Source: an uncultured delta proteobacterium
Lineage (GTDB): Bacteria; Myxococcota_A; Polyangia; Polyangiales; Polyangiaceae
DNA: 64,000 nt
NCBI GenBank assembly: GCA_963782055.1
Contig: CAWAIF010000003.1
Coordinates: 2,048,001-2,112,000 of the forward strand
Reading direction: 5' to 3'
The notes under the pieces were generated by a model, which did no database searches, was not told where the DNA came from, and worked only from the letters and a program-made list of their open reading frames with translations. Of this stretch, positions 44,131 through 53,462 are shown one piece after another. Each line of letters opens with the position of its first letter. Within the stretch, counting starts at the first letter, position 1. The position numbers were made by a program, and so were the translations under genes.

Positions 44131-44772
44131 ATGAGCCAGGGTCGCTTCGTGGTGCTGGAGGGGATCGACGGTGCGGGCACGACGACGCAGTGCGCGCGGC
44201 TTGCCCGCGTGCTGCGCGACGGGGGCACGTCCGCGCGGGTGACGCGCGAGCCGAGCGACGGCCCCATCGGCTCGCTCATCCGGCAGATCCTCGCCGGCCG
44301 CGTCGTCGGCGCCCGCGATCTCGCCCCCGGCTGGGCCACGATGGCGCTGCTCTTCGCCGCCGACCGGATGGACCACGTGGAGTCGGAGATCGAGCCCTTC
44401 ATGCAGGCCGGCGGGGTGATCCTCTCCGACCGATACGACGCCTCCAGCCTCGCCTACCAGAGCGTGATGAGCGGCACCGGCGGCGCGCAGGCGCTGGAGT
44501 GGATCCGCGTCCTCAACAAGCACGCGCGCCGGCCGGACCTGACTATCGTGCTGGACGTTCCGGCGGACGTGGCCGCGGCGCGCCGCGAGGAGCGAGGCGA
44601 CGCCGCGCAGCTCTACGAGCAGAACGAGGTGCAGCGCGCGCTGTCGGTGTTCTACAAGGATCTGCAGAAGCACCTGCCGCGCGACCGCGTGGTGCTCGTG
44701 GACGGCGCGGGGGACATCGAGTCGACGGCGGCGAAGGTGCACGCCGCGTACGTCGAGGCGTTCGGGGCCTGA
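44131..44772 (+). CDS. tmk: Thymidylate kinase
   Basis: FVVLEGIDGAGTTTQ, TREP, LLFAADR, SDRY, SSLAYQ, PDLTIVLD. Confidence 0.93.
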   Translation: MSQGRFVVLEGIDGAGTTTQCARLARVLRDGGTSARVTREPSDGPIGSLIRQILAGRVVGARDLAPGWATMALLFAADRMDHVESEIEPFMQAGGVILSDRYDASSLAYQSVMSGTGGAQALEWIRVLNKHARRPDLTIVLDVPADVAAARREERGDAAQLYEQNEVQRALSVFYKDLQKHLPRDRVVLVDGAGDIESTAAKVHAAYVEAFGA

Positions 44773-44834
44773 CCCGACGCCCGCCGGCGGCGAGGTGGTG
44801 GCCGCTGACGGGGAGTGGGCTATCGTGTGAGGCG

Positions 44835-45458
44835 ATGGACGAGTGGGTGCTGCTCCGCCGCTACGACGACGGCTTCGAGGCCGAGCTGGCCCGTAACTTC
44901 CTGCGGGACCACGGCATCGCGGTCGGGGTGCGCGGCAACAGCGGCGCCACCAGCGTGATCAACCGGTTCGACAGCGTGCTCGACGTGCGCCTCGTCGTGC
45001 GGCGAGAGGACCTCGCGCTCGCGCGGGAAGCGCTTCACGCGATGGAGGCGCCGCCCGCCTGCCAGGGGGAGGAGCCGCTGGAGGAGATGGACATCGTCGC
45101 GGGCCACCCGTACCGCGCATACGCCGCGCGCGGCGAGACGATGCCTCGCTACCGGCGGGCCGCCTTCGCGCTGGCGCTCGTGCTGCCCATCGGCGCCGGT
45201 CACTTCTACGCGCGGGAGGAGACGGCGGGGTTGGTCTTCGCCGGGAGCATCGCCGCGACCCTCGCCGCGGCCGCCGTCCTGGGCGAGCGCTGGCTGGCCG
45301 CCGGGTGGATGCTGATGGCCCTCGCCGACGCGGTCGGGGCGGTCGCGGCGGTGCGGCGCCACAACGCGGGCGCGCCCCTGGGCCGACGCGCGCAGGCGCT
45401 CCGCGCGTCCGGTGCGGTGATGGCCGCGATGCTGATCGCCGCCGTCGTGGCGCGCTGA
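44835..45458 (+). CDS. DUF2007-like N-terminal domain membrane protein
   Basis: EAELARNFLRDHGI..VRLVV followed by a TM region with PIGAGHFY. Confidence 0.7.
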   Translation: MDEWVLLRRYDDGFEAELARNFLRDHGIAVGVRGNSGATSVINRFDSVLDVRLVVRREDLALAREALHAMEAPPACQGEEPLEEMDIVAGHPYRAYAARGETMPRYRRAAFALALVLPIGAGHFYAREETAGLVFAGSIAATLAAAAVLGERWLAAGWMLMALADAVGAVAAVRRHNAGAPLGRRAQALRASGAVMAAMLIAAVVAR

Positions 45459-45534
45459 GGGCGGTCGCGGCGCTGCTGTAAGGTCCGGGGCGACCGCGCC
45501 GTTGAGGCTCTCGTACGCCATCAAGGAGACCCCC

Positions 45535-47061
45535 ATGCGCCGCGTCCTCTTCGCCCTTGGCCCCCTCGTCCTCGCCGCCTGCGGCGCTCCGTATCGCGAC
45601 GGCGCACCCGCCTACGCGCCCGCGGCGTACGGCTCGCCCACGTCCCCGTCGCTCGCCGGCGCCGCCATCGCCGACGCGCCCGCCGGGGCGAAGGGCACCG
45701 AGCAATACCAGGACTACGGCGTGAACCCGGTGGTCGACCCGGCGAAGGACCGGCTGTCCACCTTCGCCATCGACGTGGACACCGCCTCGTACTCCATCAC
45801 CCGGCGCAAGCTCCTGCAGGAGCACACGCTGCCGCCCTACGCCGCGGTGCGCGCGGAGGAGTACATCAACTTCTTCGGCTACGACTACCCGCAGCCGAAG
45901 CAGGGCGCCTTCGGGGTCACCCTCGACGCGGCGCCGTCACCCTTCGAGAAGGGGCACTCGCTGGTGCGTGTCGCGCTGCAGGGAAAGCGGGTGCAGGGCG
46001 CCGACCGCAAGCCGGTGCACCTGACGTACCTCGTCGACACCAGCGGCTCGATGGACGCGCCCGACCGCATCGGCCTGGCGAAGAAGTCGCTCGAGATGCT
46101 CACCGAATCCCTCCGCCCCGGCGACACGGTGGCCCTCTGCACCTACGCCGGGAGCGTGCGCGAGGTGCTCGCGCCCACCGGCATCGACCAGCGGGCGAAG
46201 ATCCTCTCGGCGATCGACGACCTGGGCGCCGGCGGCTCGACGGCGATGTCCAGCGGCATCGAGCTCGCCTACCGCCTCGCCAGCAGGACGCTGGTGCCCG
46301 GCGAGGTGAACCGGGTGGTGGTGCTCTCCGACGGTGACGCCAACGTGGGCAACACCTCGCACGAGGCGATCCTCCAGACGATTGCACAGTACAAGGAACG
46401 CGGGATCACCCTGTCCACCGTGGGCTTCGGCTCGGGCAACTACAAGGACGTGATGATGGAGCAGCTCGCCGACAAGGGGGACGGCAACTACGCCTACGTC
46501 GACAGCGAGGCGCAGGCGCGTCACGTCTTCGGGGAGGCCACCGACGGCCTGCTGCAGGTGATCGCGCGGGACGTGAAGGTGCAGGTGGACTTTGACCCCG
46601 CCGCCGTCAGCGAGTACCGGCTCATCGGCTACGAGAACCGCGACGTCGCCGACAAGGACTTCCGCAACGACAAGGTCGATGGCGGGGAGGTGGGCGCCGG
46701 CCACTCCGTCACCGCGTTCTACGACGTGGTGTTCAAGCCGGGCGCGAAGGCCTCGCCCATCACGGTCCGCGTGCGCGCCAAGCCCCCGCTTGGCTCGGAG
46801 ACCGCCACCGAGACGAGCTACGCGCTCGACCGGGCGTCCATCGCCCCCACCTTCGACGCCGCCCCGCAGAGCTTCCGCTTCGCCGCGGCCGTCGCCGGCT
46901 TCGCCGAGATCCTGCGCAAGAGCCCGCACGCCCACTATGGCTTCGACCTCGTGGCGCGCATCGCCGAGGGCTCGACGGGCGACCGGCCGGGGCGGCGGGA
47001 GTTCGTCACCCTGGTGAACGCCGCGGCTGGGCTGTCCAGCTCGAGCGCGCTGGCGAAGTGA
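45535..47061 (+). CDS. YfbK-like VWA domain lipoprotein
   Basis: RBS AAGGAG; lipobox LAAC; STFAIDVDTASY, DTSGSM, LSDGDANVG, YRLIGYENR. Confidence 0.93.
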   Translation: MRRVLFALGPLVLAACGAPYRDGAPAYAPAAYGSPTSPSLAGAAIADAPAGAKGTEQYQDYGVNPVVDPAKDRLSTFAIDVDTASYSITRRKLLQEHTLPPYAAVRAEEYINFFGYDYPQPKQGAFGVTLDAAPSPFEKGHSLVRVALQGKRVQGADRKPVHLTYLVDTSGSMDAPDRIGLAKKSLEMLTESLRPGDTVALCTYAGSVREVLAPTGIDQRAKILSAIDDLGAGGSTAMSSGIELAYRLASRTLVPGEVNRVVVLSDGDANVGNTSHEAILQTIAQYKERGITLSTVGFGSGNYKDVMMEQLADKGDGNYAYVDSEAQARHVFGEATDGLLQVIARDVKVQVDFDPAAVSEYRLIGYENRDVADKDFRNDKVDGGEVGAGHSVTAFYDVVFKPGAKASPITVRVRAKPPLGSETATETSYALDRASIAPTFDAAPQSFRFAAAVAGFAEILRKSPHAHYGFDLVARIAEGSTGDRPGRREFVTLVNAAAGLSSSSALAK

Positions 47062-47114
47062 GGAGCTGACGCCGAAAACTTGCGTACTCCGGCGGCTCGC
47101 GGCAGCTTGAGCGC

Positions 47115-47597
47115 ATGCTCCCCAGGTTGTTCGTCGCGGCCGGCGCCGCTGTGGCCCTCGTCGCGTGCGGAGGGGCCGCCCCGCACGAGGCGGCCCGGCA
47201 CCCCGGCGCCGCGGTCGCCTCGGCCAAGGTGAACGGCGCGGCCCCCAAGCCGTTGCCCGCGCCGGTGCTCTCGCTCAAGCGCTCGGAGGTCGACCAGATC
47301 GTGGCGGCGGGGCTCGGCGCCTTTCTTCAGCGCATCTCGCTCGACGACCACCCGGTCTTCCTCGCCGGCAAGTTCCACGGCTTCCGCATCGTCGCGCTGC
47401 AGGGCGGGCCGGCGGCGTGGGGCGGCGTCGACATCAAGCCGGGTGACGTCGTCACCTCGGTCAACGGCTTCCCCATCGAGCGGCCGGAGCAGGCGCTGCA
47501 GGCCTTCCAGTCGCTGAAGGTCGCCAGCGAGCTGCGCATCGACTACGAGCGCAACGGCGAGCCGCGATCGCTCCGGGTCGCCATCGTCGACGATTGA
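47115..47597 (+). CDS. PDZ-domain lipoprotein (GspC-type PDZ)
   Basis: Lipobox LVAC; GFRI, IKPGDVVTSVNG, ERNG. Confidence 0.8.
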   Translation: MLPRLFVAAGAAVALVACGGAAPHEAARHPGAAVASAKVNGAAPKPLPAPVLSLKRSEVDQIVAAGLGAFLQRISLDDHPVFLAGKFHGFRIVALQGGPAAWGGVDIKPGDVVTSVNGFPIERPEQALQAFQSLKVASELRIDYERNGEPRSLRVAIVDD

Positions 47598-47606
47598 GGG
47601 GCGCGC

Positions 47607-49409
47607 GTGCCTGACCCGCCCGCGCCGCCGCCACCCGACGACAGGAAGGGTGGGCTGGACGAGGTGGAGCGTGCCCTCTCGGTGCTGGGTGGGCGGCACC
47701 CCGAGCAGGTGCGCGCGGAGCGCGAGGCGGCCGAGGCGGCGGCGCGCCGCCGGCGGCAGCTGGAAGGGGAGATGGCGGCGGAGCGGGCGGCGGCCCGGCG
47801 CCGCGTGCTCGTCTGGGGGGTGGCGGCGCTCGCCCTGGCCGCCGCTGGCTTCTTCACTTACCGCCGCGTGGCCGCCCGTCGTGCGCTCGAGGCCGCCGTC
47901 GGCGTGCCGATGGCTCCCTTGGAGGCCGCCGGCTTCACCCCGCTGCCGCGTTCGTGGACGGACTCGCAGGTGCGGGCCGAGCTCGATACCGCCGACGGCA
48001 CCTGCTACGCGCTCGTCGCCCTCCCCGCGGGCGCGAAGGTGCACGTCGACCGTCCCACCGGCGCGGCCGACGCCGTGAGCGGATCCATCATGTGTGCGTG
48101 CGGCTCGGAGCACGTCGTCGCCACCACGCCGCCGGGCGCCGGTCACGCGCTGCGCGTGCTGAGCGTCGCCGGCGCGTCGCTCGGCGGGCCGCGGGCCCTG
48201 GCCTTCCACTTCGCTCACGTCCCGCCGGTGCTGCCCGGCGCCGGCGCGTGCGCCGACGACATGCTCGAGTCGTGGGTGCAGAGCGGCAAGCTGCCGCCGG
48301 CGGACCTGGACGCGAGCTGGCTCGCCGCGCACCCGGCGATGAAGGAAGCGGGCTTCGTGCCCGTCGGCGCCGCCGCGCCGAACCTTCCGCTGGTGGCGGT
48401 CACCGCCGCGAGCCCCGACGCCGCCGCGGGCGCCGGCTCGCCCGCGAGCCCCGACGCCTCCGACGCCGGCGCCGCGACCGCCGCGGCGGCGCGTTGCTTC
48501 GTCGCCGCCAGCGACGCGCCGGGCGATCGTCTGGGCCTCTCCGGGCCGCGTGGCCTCCACCCCGTCGACGGCGCCCGCGGCGCGATCGCGTGGTGCGACT
48601 CCCTGAACGAGACGCTCCTCGTCTCGCGTAAGGGCACCGGAAAGGTCTACGTCTCCGCCGCGCCCTCACGGCGCCTGGGCGGCCCGCTGGGCCTGCGCGA
48701 ATTGTTGCAGACTGCAAGTATCGCCCCCGTGGAGGTGTGGGAGCCGGACGACGAGCGCGCCGCCCTCGCCGCCGACACCCTGCGCGCGAGCGTCGTGCCC
48801 GACCCCAAGGTGCGAGTGGCCGACGCGCTGCTGGTCGCGCAGGCCGCGGACGCGCGGGTGCTGGCGTTCTCCATCGCCGGGGGGCGCGCGTACGTGCCGA
48901 CCGACGCGCCCGACGCCTTCTTCCTCTGCGCCCCGCCGATGAGCGCCGCCACGCCCGACACCGTGTGCGTGCAGTCGCGCGCGATGGACTGGCACCTGCC
49001 CGGGCCCGACGTGATCGGCGGGGTCGCCTACGGGCCGCTGCCCTTCTGGATGGGGGCGCTGGCGGGCGAGAAGGACCCCGAGGTGCTCGGGCCGGAGATG
49101 CAGCTGCTCGCCCTCTCCCGCGCCCTGTCGCGCCGCGGCTTCGACCCGACCATCATCGAGGGCGTCACCGAGCGCCCGGACGGCGTGGAGATCCTCGGCC
49201 GCAGTGGGGAGGACGCGGTGGTGGCGGTGGCGGTGTGGCCCGCGCGCCCGTGGGTCCGCCCCTACACCGACGGCCCGTCCTGGGAGCTCGACGGCGGCCC
49301 CCGGGTCGTGCCCCTCGCGGGGGGGCAGCGCGTGGTGCTGCACACCGATGTGCGCGCGCCGGTTGGCCTCGACGCCCGCCGGACGGTCGTCTTCCGCCAC
49401 GCGCACTGA
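47607..49409 (+). CDS. Hypothetical membrane-anchored protein
   Basis: 600 aa ORF with one N-proximal TM helix; fills the gap between co-oriented genes. Confidence 0.7.
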   Translation: MPDPPAPPPPDDRKGGLDEVERALSVLGGRHPEQVRAEREAAEAAARRRRQLEGEMAAERAAARRRVLVWGVAALALAAAGFFTYRRVAARRALEAAVGVPMAPLEAAGFTPLPRSWTDSQVRAELDTADGTCYALVALPAGAKVHVDRPTGAADAVSGSIMCACGSEHVVATTPPGAGHALRVLSVAGASLGGPRALAFHFAHVPPVLPGAGACADDMLESWVQSGKLPPADLDASWLAAHPAMKEAGFVPVGAAAPNLPLVAVTAASPDAAAGAGSPASPDASDAGAATAAAARCFVAASDAPGDRLGLSGPRGLHPVDGARGAIAWCDSLNETLLVSRKGTGKVYVSAAPSRRLGGPLGLRELLQTASIAPVEVWEPDDERAALAADTLRASVVPDPKVRVADALLVAQAADARVLAFSIAGGRAYVPTDAPDAFFLCAPPMSAATPDTVCVQSRAMDWHLPGPDVIGGVAYGPLPFWMGALAGEKDPEVLGPEMQLLALSRALSRRGFDPTIIEGVTERPDGVEILGRSGEDAVVAVAVWPARPWVRPYTDGPSWELDGGPRVVPLAGGQRVVLHTDVRAPVGLDARRTVVFRHAH

Positions 49410-49444
49410 CTCACCGCTGGAGCGAGTACTGCTAGGATGAGCGC

Positions 49445-50761
49445 GTGGGATCCCCTCGCGCCTTGCTTCCGCTTGCCGCGCTCGGCGGCCTCTTCGTCGC
49501 GGTGTTCGGCCAGAGCTGCGCCACGGCCGGACCGTGCCAGCACAACAGCGACTGCGACGTCGGGTTCTACTGCAACCTCGGCCGCGGCGCGTGCGTCCGC
49601 AACTGCGTCGACGCCGTCCGCGACTGCGCGCCCGGGGAGGTGTGCGACGTGAACGGGCAGTGCCGCTCCACCGACGGCGGCGTCCCGGAGGCCTCCACCG
49701 ACGGCTCCCCCGACGACGCGCCGGTGACGACCGACGGCCCCCCCGTGGTGGACACCGGCATCGACGTGTCGGTGAAGGACGGCGGCGGTCCGCTCGAGGG
49801 CGAGCTGGACCTGTGCGCGTCGGACGCCGAATGCAAGGCCGGGCTGCTCTGCCGCTCCCTCTACCAGGGCGGCGCCACGCGCTGCACGCGCACCTGCACG
49901 CAGAGCGCGCAGTGCTGGACGCCTGGCCGCTGCGTCACCATCAACAAGGACAGCTACTGCGTGTCCGCCGACGTGGGTCGCACGTGCGACGTCAACTCGC
50001 CCACGGCGTGCAGCTACGCCTGCGTCTCGCCGGGCTACTGCACCATGCCCTGCACCTCCGGCAGCGACTGCCCCGGCGGCTACGGCTGCGCGACCGTCTC
50101 CAACCAGAAGGTGTGCGTGCGCGCCGAGCAGTACTGCGGCCAGGGCGCGACCCAGAGCTGCACGTCCCTTCAGTGCGACACCGGCGTGCTCGTCTCCAGC
50201 TGCACGCTCCCCTGCACCGGCGCGAGCGACTGCCCCCAGCGCGCCTCGGTGCTGGCCAAGTGGACGTGTCAGGGCGGCTACTGCCGGCGCCCCGCGGACG
50301 TCTACGGTCCGCTCGCCCAGGGCGAGCCCGCGGAGTACGCGTGCTCGGGCAACACCGAGGTCGACCTGTGCAACGACGCCCAGCACATCGACTTCGACAA
50401 GTTCACCATCCCCAGCCCGCCCAGCCTGACGTGCCCGGTGGGCTCGTCGGTCTCCGGGGTGCAGGGGGACGCGTGCGTCGACACCTGCCGCTTCACCGGC
50501 GCGTGCGCCTTCGGGTATGCGTGCACCTCCGTCGGCAACCTCTCCAACGCCCGGGTGGGCCTGTGCCTGCCCTCCAACGGCGGCGGGGAGGTGGGCGACG
50601 CCTGCACCAAGGACCGCGACTGCGCCTTCGGCTACTGCAGCCAGAACAAGTGCTCGCGCGACTGCTCCGCCGACGGCCTCTGCCCGACGGGGTCCGCCTG
50701 CACCGCCGTGGGGGGCAACTACCCGAACGTCGAGGGGATCCCCTTCAAGCGGTGTCAGTAG
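49445..50761 (+). CDS. Cys-rich repeat lipoprotein/exported protein
   Basis: Signal peptide ending GQSC; repeated C-x4-5-C-x2-G-x-C units. Confidence 0.82.
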   Translation: MGSPRALLPLAALGGLFVAVFGQSCATAGPCQHNSDCDVGFYCNLGRGACVRNCVDAVRDCAPGEVCDVNGQCRSTDGGVPEASTDGSPDDAPVTTDGPPVVDTGIDVSVKDGGGPLEGELDLCASDAECKAGLLCRSLYQGGATRCTRTCTQSAQCWTPGRCVTINKDSYCVSADVGRTCDVNSPTACSYACVSPGYCTMPCTSGSDCPGGYGCATVSNQKVCVRAEQYCGQGATQSCTSLQCDTGVLVSSCTLPCTGASDCPQRASVLAKWTCQGGYCRRPADVYGPLAQGEPAEYACSGNTEVDLCNDAQHIDFDKFTIPSPPSLTCPVGSSVSGVQGDACVDTCRFTGACAFGYACTSVGNLSNARVGLCLPSNGGGEVGDACTKDRDCAFGYCSQNKCSRDCSADGLCPTGSACTAVGGNYPNVEGIPFKRCQ

Positions 50762-50872
50762 ACGGTTTACACGGCTCTCCGCGGCAAGCTACCGTCTCCT
50801 CTCCTCCGGGACCCGGCGCCGGGTTATCTTCGGCGCGGGGCGGGCGCCCCAGGGCGTCCGGAAAGGCGGTCC

Positions 50873-51586
50873 ATGCATCCAGGTCTGCGCGTCGTCGCCA
50901 TCTCCGTGCTGCTGCTCGGGATTCCGCTCGCTCGTGATGCCTCCGCCGGGCAGGTCCGGGGCAAGATCAAGGGGGCGAACAAGCTCCTGCCCGCGGTCTA
51001 CGCCGACGCGGCCAAGCCGGACTCGCACCGCTACACGTGGCGCGAGCCCTCCCCGACTGTCCGGCAGGAGTTCCGGGCCCTCTCGGCCAACCCCTCCCGG
51101 GACATCTGCATCGCGGCGATCTCGTCCGGGCAGGCCCAGAAGCACGATCCCATCCAGATCACCCTGACGGGGGGGCACACCATCCCGACGACCATCGTGG
51201 TCTCGCCGGGCACGCTCCTCTCCTTCGTCAACCACGACCCCTTCCCCCACCGGCTCTTCCAGGTGGGCAACGACTCCTTCAAGGCCGAGGAGACGTCCGC
51301 CAACGGCCGCCGCGACTGGACGGCGTCCGGGCCGGGCCGCTACGAGTTCCGCGACGAGCTCTTCCCCACCGTGCGCTTCTTCGTGGTGGTGGATCCGGGC
51401 GTGGTGGAGGTGGTCTACCCGGGCCGCACCGGGTCCTTCGCCTTCCACGACCTCCCCGACGGCGACTACTACCTGAAGGCTTTCTTCGAGGGGAAGCCCG
51501 TCGGCAAGCCCGTCGCGGTGGTCGCGGCCAAGAGGACGGTCGACATCAAGGACCCCATCGACGTGGGCGAGGAGGCTCCCAAGTGA
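50873..51586 (+). CDS. Exported protein with cupredoxin-like and carboxypeptidase-regulatory-like beta domains
   Basis: Signal peptide; FVNHDPFPHRLF; FAFHDLPDGDYYL. Confidence 0.65.
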   Translation: MHPGLRVVAISVLLLGIPLARDASAGQVRGKIKGANKLLPAVYADAAKPDSHRYTWREPSPTVRQEFRALSANPSRDICIAAISSGQAQKHDPIQITLTGGHTIPTTIVVSPGTLLSFVNHDPFPHRLFQVGNDSFKAEETSANGRRDWTASGPGRYEFRDELFPTVRFFVVVDPGVVEVVYPGRTGSFAFHDLPDGDYYLKAFFEGKPVGKPVAVVAAKRTVDIKDPIDVGEEAPK

Positions 51587-51629
51587 CCCTTCGCTCGACG
51601 TGGGCCGGCAAGTCCGGGAGTGACGCACC

Positions 51630-53459
51630 ATGATGCTCTTGTCCCGTTTCTGGTACGCGATCCTCGCCGTCCTGGCCGGGTTCGCGGTGTACTCGTTGAT
51701 GCTCTCCGTCGGCGAGTACAACCGCCGCAGCACCGTGGCGACGGACGAGTCGCTAGCTTCCGACACGCAGGTGGTCCGCTGGGCCCTGCAGATCGACTCC
51801 CGCCACCGGCTCGACGCCCTGCTCATCGGCTCGGTGGACAAGGGCGTGCAGGACGCGCTGGTCGCCACGATCGACAAGGACAAGATCCCGGCGAAGGCCA
51901 AGGCGGACGCCGCCAAGGCGCTCGTGGCCATCAGCCAGAAGCTGCCTCCGGAGTACAAGGAGGACGCCCTCTTCGCCGTCGACCGCAACGGCCGGGTGGT
52001 CGCGCAGGTGGGCTACGACAAGGCCAACGCGTTCGAGGACTTCGAGCTCGGCGGCTACACCGCCGTCAACGACGCCCTCCATGGCTACCTCCGCGACGAC
52101 ACCTGGGTGTGGGGCGGCGAGATCTACCGCGTCGTCGCGCGGCCGGTGGAGTACGACGTGACCCAGCCGCCGGCGGGCGCCATCATCGGCCTGAAGGCGG
52201 TGGACCGCACCTTCGCGCAGGACATCGCCAAGCTCACGCGGACCAACATCGCCTTTTACTCGCAGGGGCAGCGCGTCGCGTCCGCGGGCCAGGACGGCTT
52301 CGACGAGAGCCAGTTCGACCTCGTCACGACCGAGCTGCCCAAGCTCGGGGCCGACACCGCCTACAAGGACAAGGGCCGCACCGAGATCCGCCCGCTCGGC
52401 AAGGGCGTGCTCGACGGCATCTTCACCAAGCTGGACGGCGACGCCTTCGAGCTCGGCTCCGGCTTCGCGGTCGTGCGCCCGCGGGTGACGCTCGGCGGCC
52501 CGCTGGCCGTGCTGTCCAGCGCCGACGACACCGACAAGAAGGGCGTCAACCTGGGCCTCGTCATCGGCATCGTCGTCTTCGGCCTGATCGTCGGTGTGGG
52601 GCTGACCCTGCTCGAGCACGACCGCCCGATGCGCGGCATGGCCAAGCAGGCCAAGCGCCTGGTCAAGGGCGAGGTGGACCTGCTGCCGCTGCCGCTCTTC
52701 CGCGCCGGCTACCGCGACATCGCCACCGACATCAACGCCGGCATCGAGCGGGTGGCGGAGAAGGGTGGGGGAGCCCCCCGCAAGACGGCGGACCTGGAGG
52801 CCATCGTCGGCCCGGTGTCCGCGCAGCCCGCGATGAGCGCCTTCGCCTTCCCGCTCGCGGGCGGGGACGGGGGACAAGGGCCGGTGATGCCGCCCCCGCC
52901 CGGTCCCCCGCGCTCCGCCCCGCAAGCCGGCGGGTCGCCGGCGTCGGGGCCCAAGCCGCCGCCGCCCCGCCCCGCGCCGTCTCCCGGCCCCGCGGCCGCG
53001 CCGGTCGCGCCCAACCCGGCGCCGCCGTCGCCCCTGGCGTCGCTCCAGCAGCCCCCGACGAGCCCGACGGTCGTCGCGCCGATGCAGATCCCGCAGCAGC
53101 CCAACGGCCCGCCGCGCGCCGCCCCGTCGCGTCCGGGGGGCATGCCCGCCGCGCCCGGCAGCGGTCACGAGGAAGAGGAGGCGACGATGGTCGCGTCCGT
53201 CCCGCAGGAGGTGCTCGCGCGCGCCGCCGGCGCGGACAACCCGGACGAGGCCGAGTGGCCCATCGTGTACGAGGAGTTCATCAAGACCAAGAAGCAGTGC
53301 AACGAGCCGACCGAGGGCCTGACTTTCGAGAAGTTCCGTCAGACGCTCAAGAAGAACCGGGACGCTCTCGTCCAGCGCCACAACTGCAAGCGCGTGAAGT
53401 TCACCGTGTACGTCAAGGATGGCCGCGCATCGCTGAAGGCCACGCCCGTCAAGGACTAG
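51630..53459 (+). CDS. MXAN_5187-family membrane protein
   Basis: TM, periplasmic sensor-like domain, TM, HAMP-like segment, Pro-rich linker; C-terminal VKFTVYVKDGRASLKATPVKD. Confidence 0.8.
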   Translation: MMLLSRFWYAILAVLAGFAVYSLMLSVGEYNRRSTVATDESLASDTQVVRWALQIDSRHRLDALLIGSVDKGVQDALVATIDKDKIPAKAKADAAKALVAISQKLPPEYKEDALFAVDRNGRVVAQVGYDKANAFEDFELGGYTAVNDALHGYLRDDTWVWGGEIYRVVARPVEYDVTQPPAGAIIGLKAVDRTFAQDIAKLTRTNIAFYSQGQRVASAGQDGFDESQFDLVTTELPKLGADTAYKDKGRTEIRPLGKGVLDGIFTKLDGDAFELGSGFAVVRPRVTLGGPLAVLSSADDTDKKGVNLGLVIGIVVFGLIVGVGLTLLEHDRPMRGMAKQAKRLVKGEVDLLPLPLFRAGYRDIATDINAGIERVAEKGGGAPRKTADLEAIVGPVSAQPAMSAFAFPLAGGDGGQGPVMPPPPGPPRSAPQAGGSPASGPKPPPPRPAPSPGPAAAPVAPNPAPPSPLASLQQPPTSPTVVAPMQIPQQPNGPPRAAPSRPGGMPAAPGSGHEEEEATMVASVPQEVLARAAGADNPDEAEWPIVYEEFIKTKKQCNEPTEGLTFEKFRQTLKKNRDALVQRHNCKRVKFTVYVKDGRASLKATPVKD

Positions 53460-53462
53460 CCC

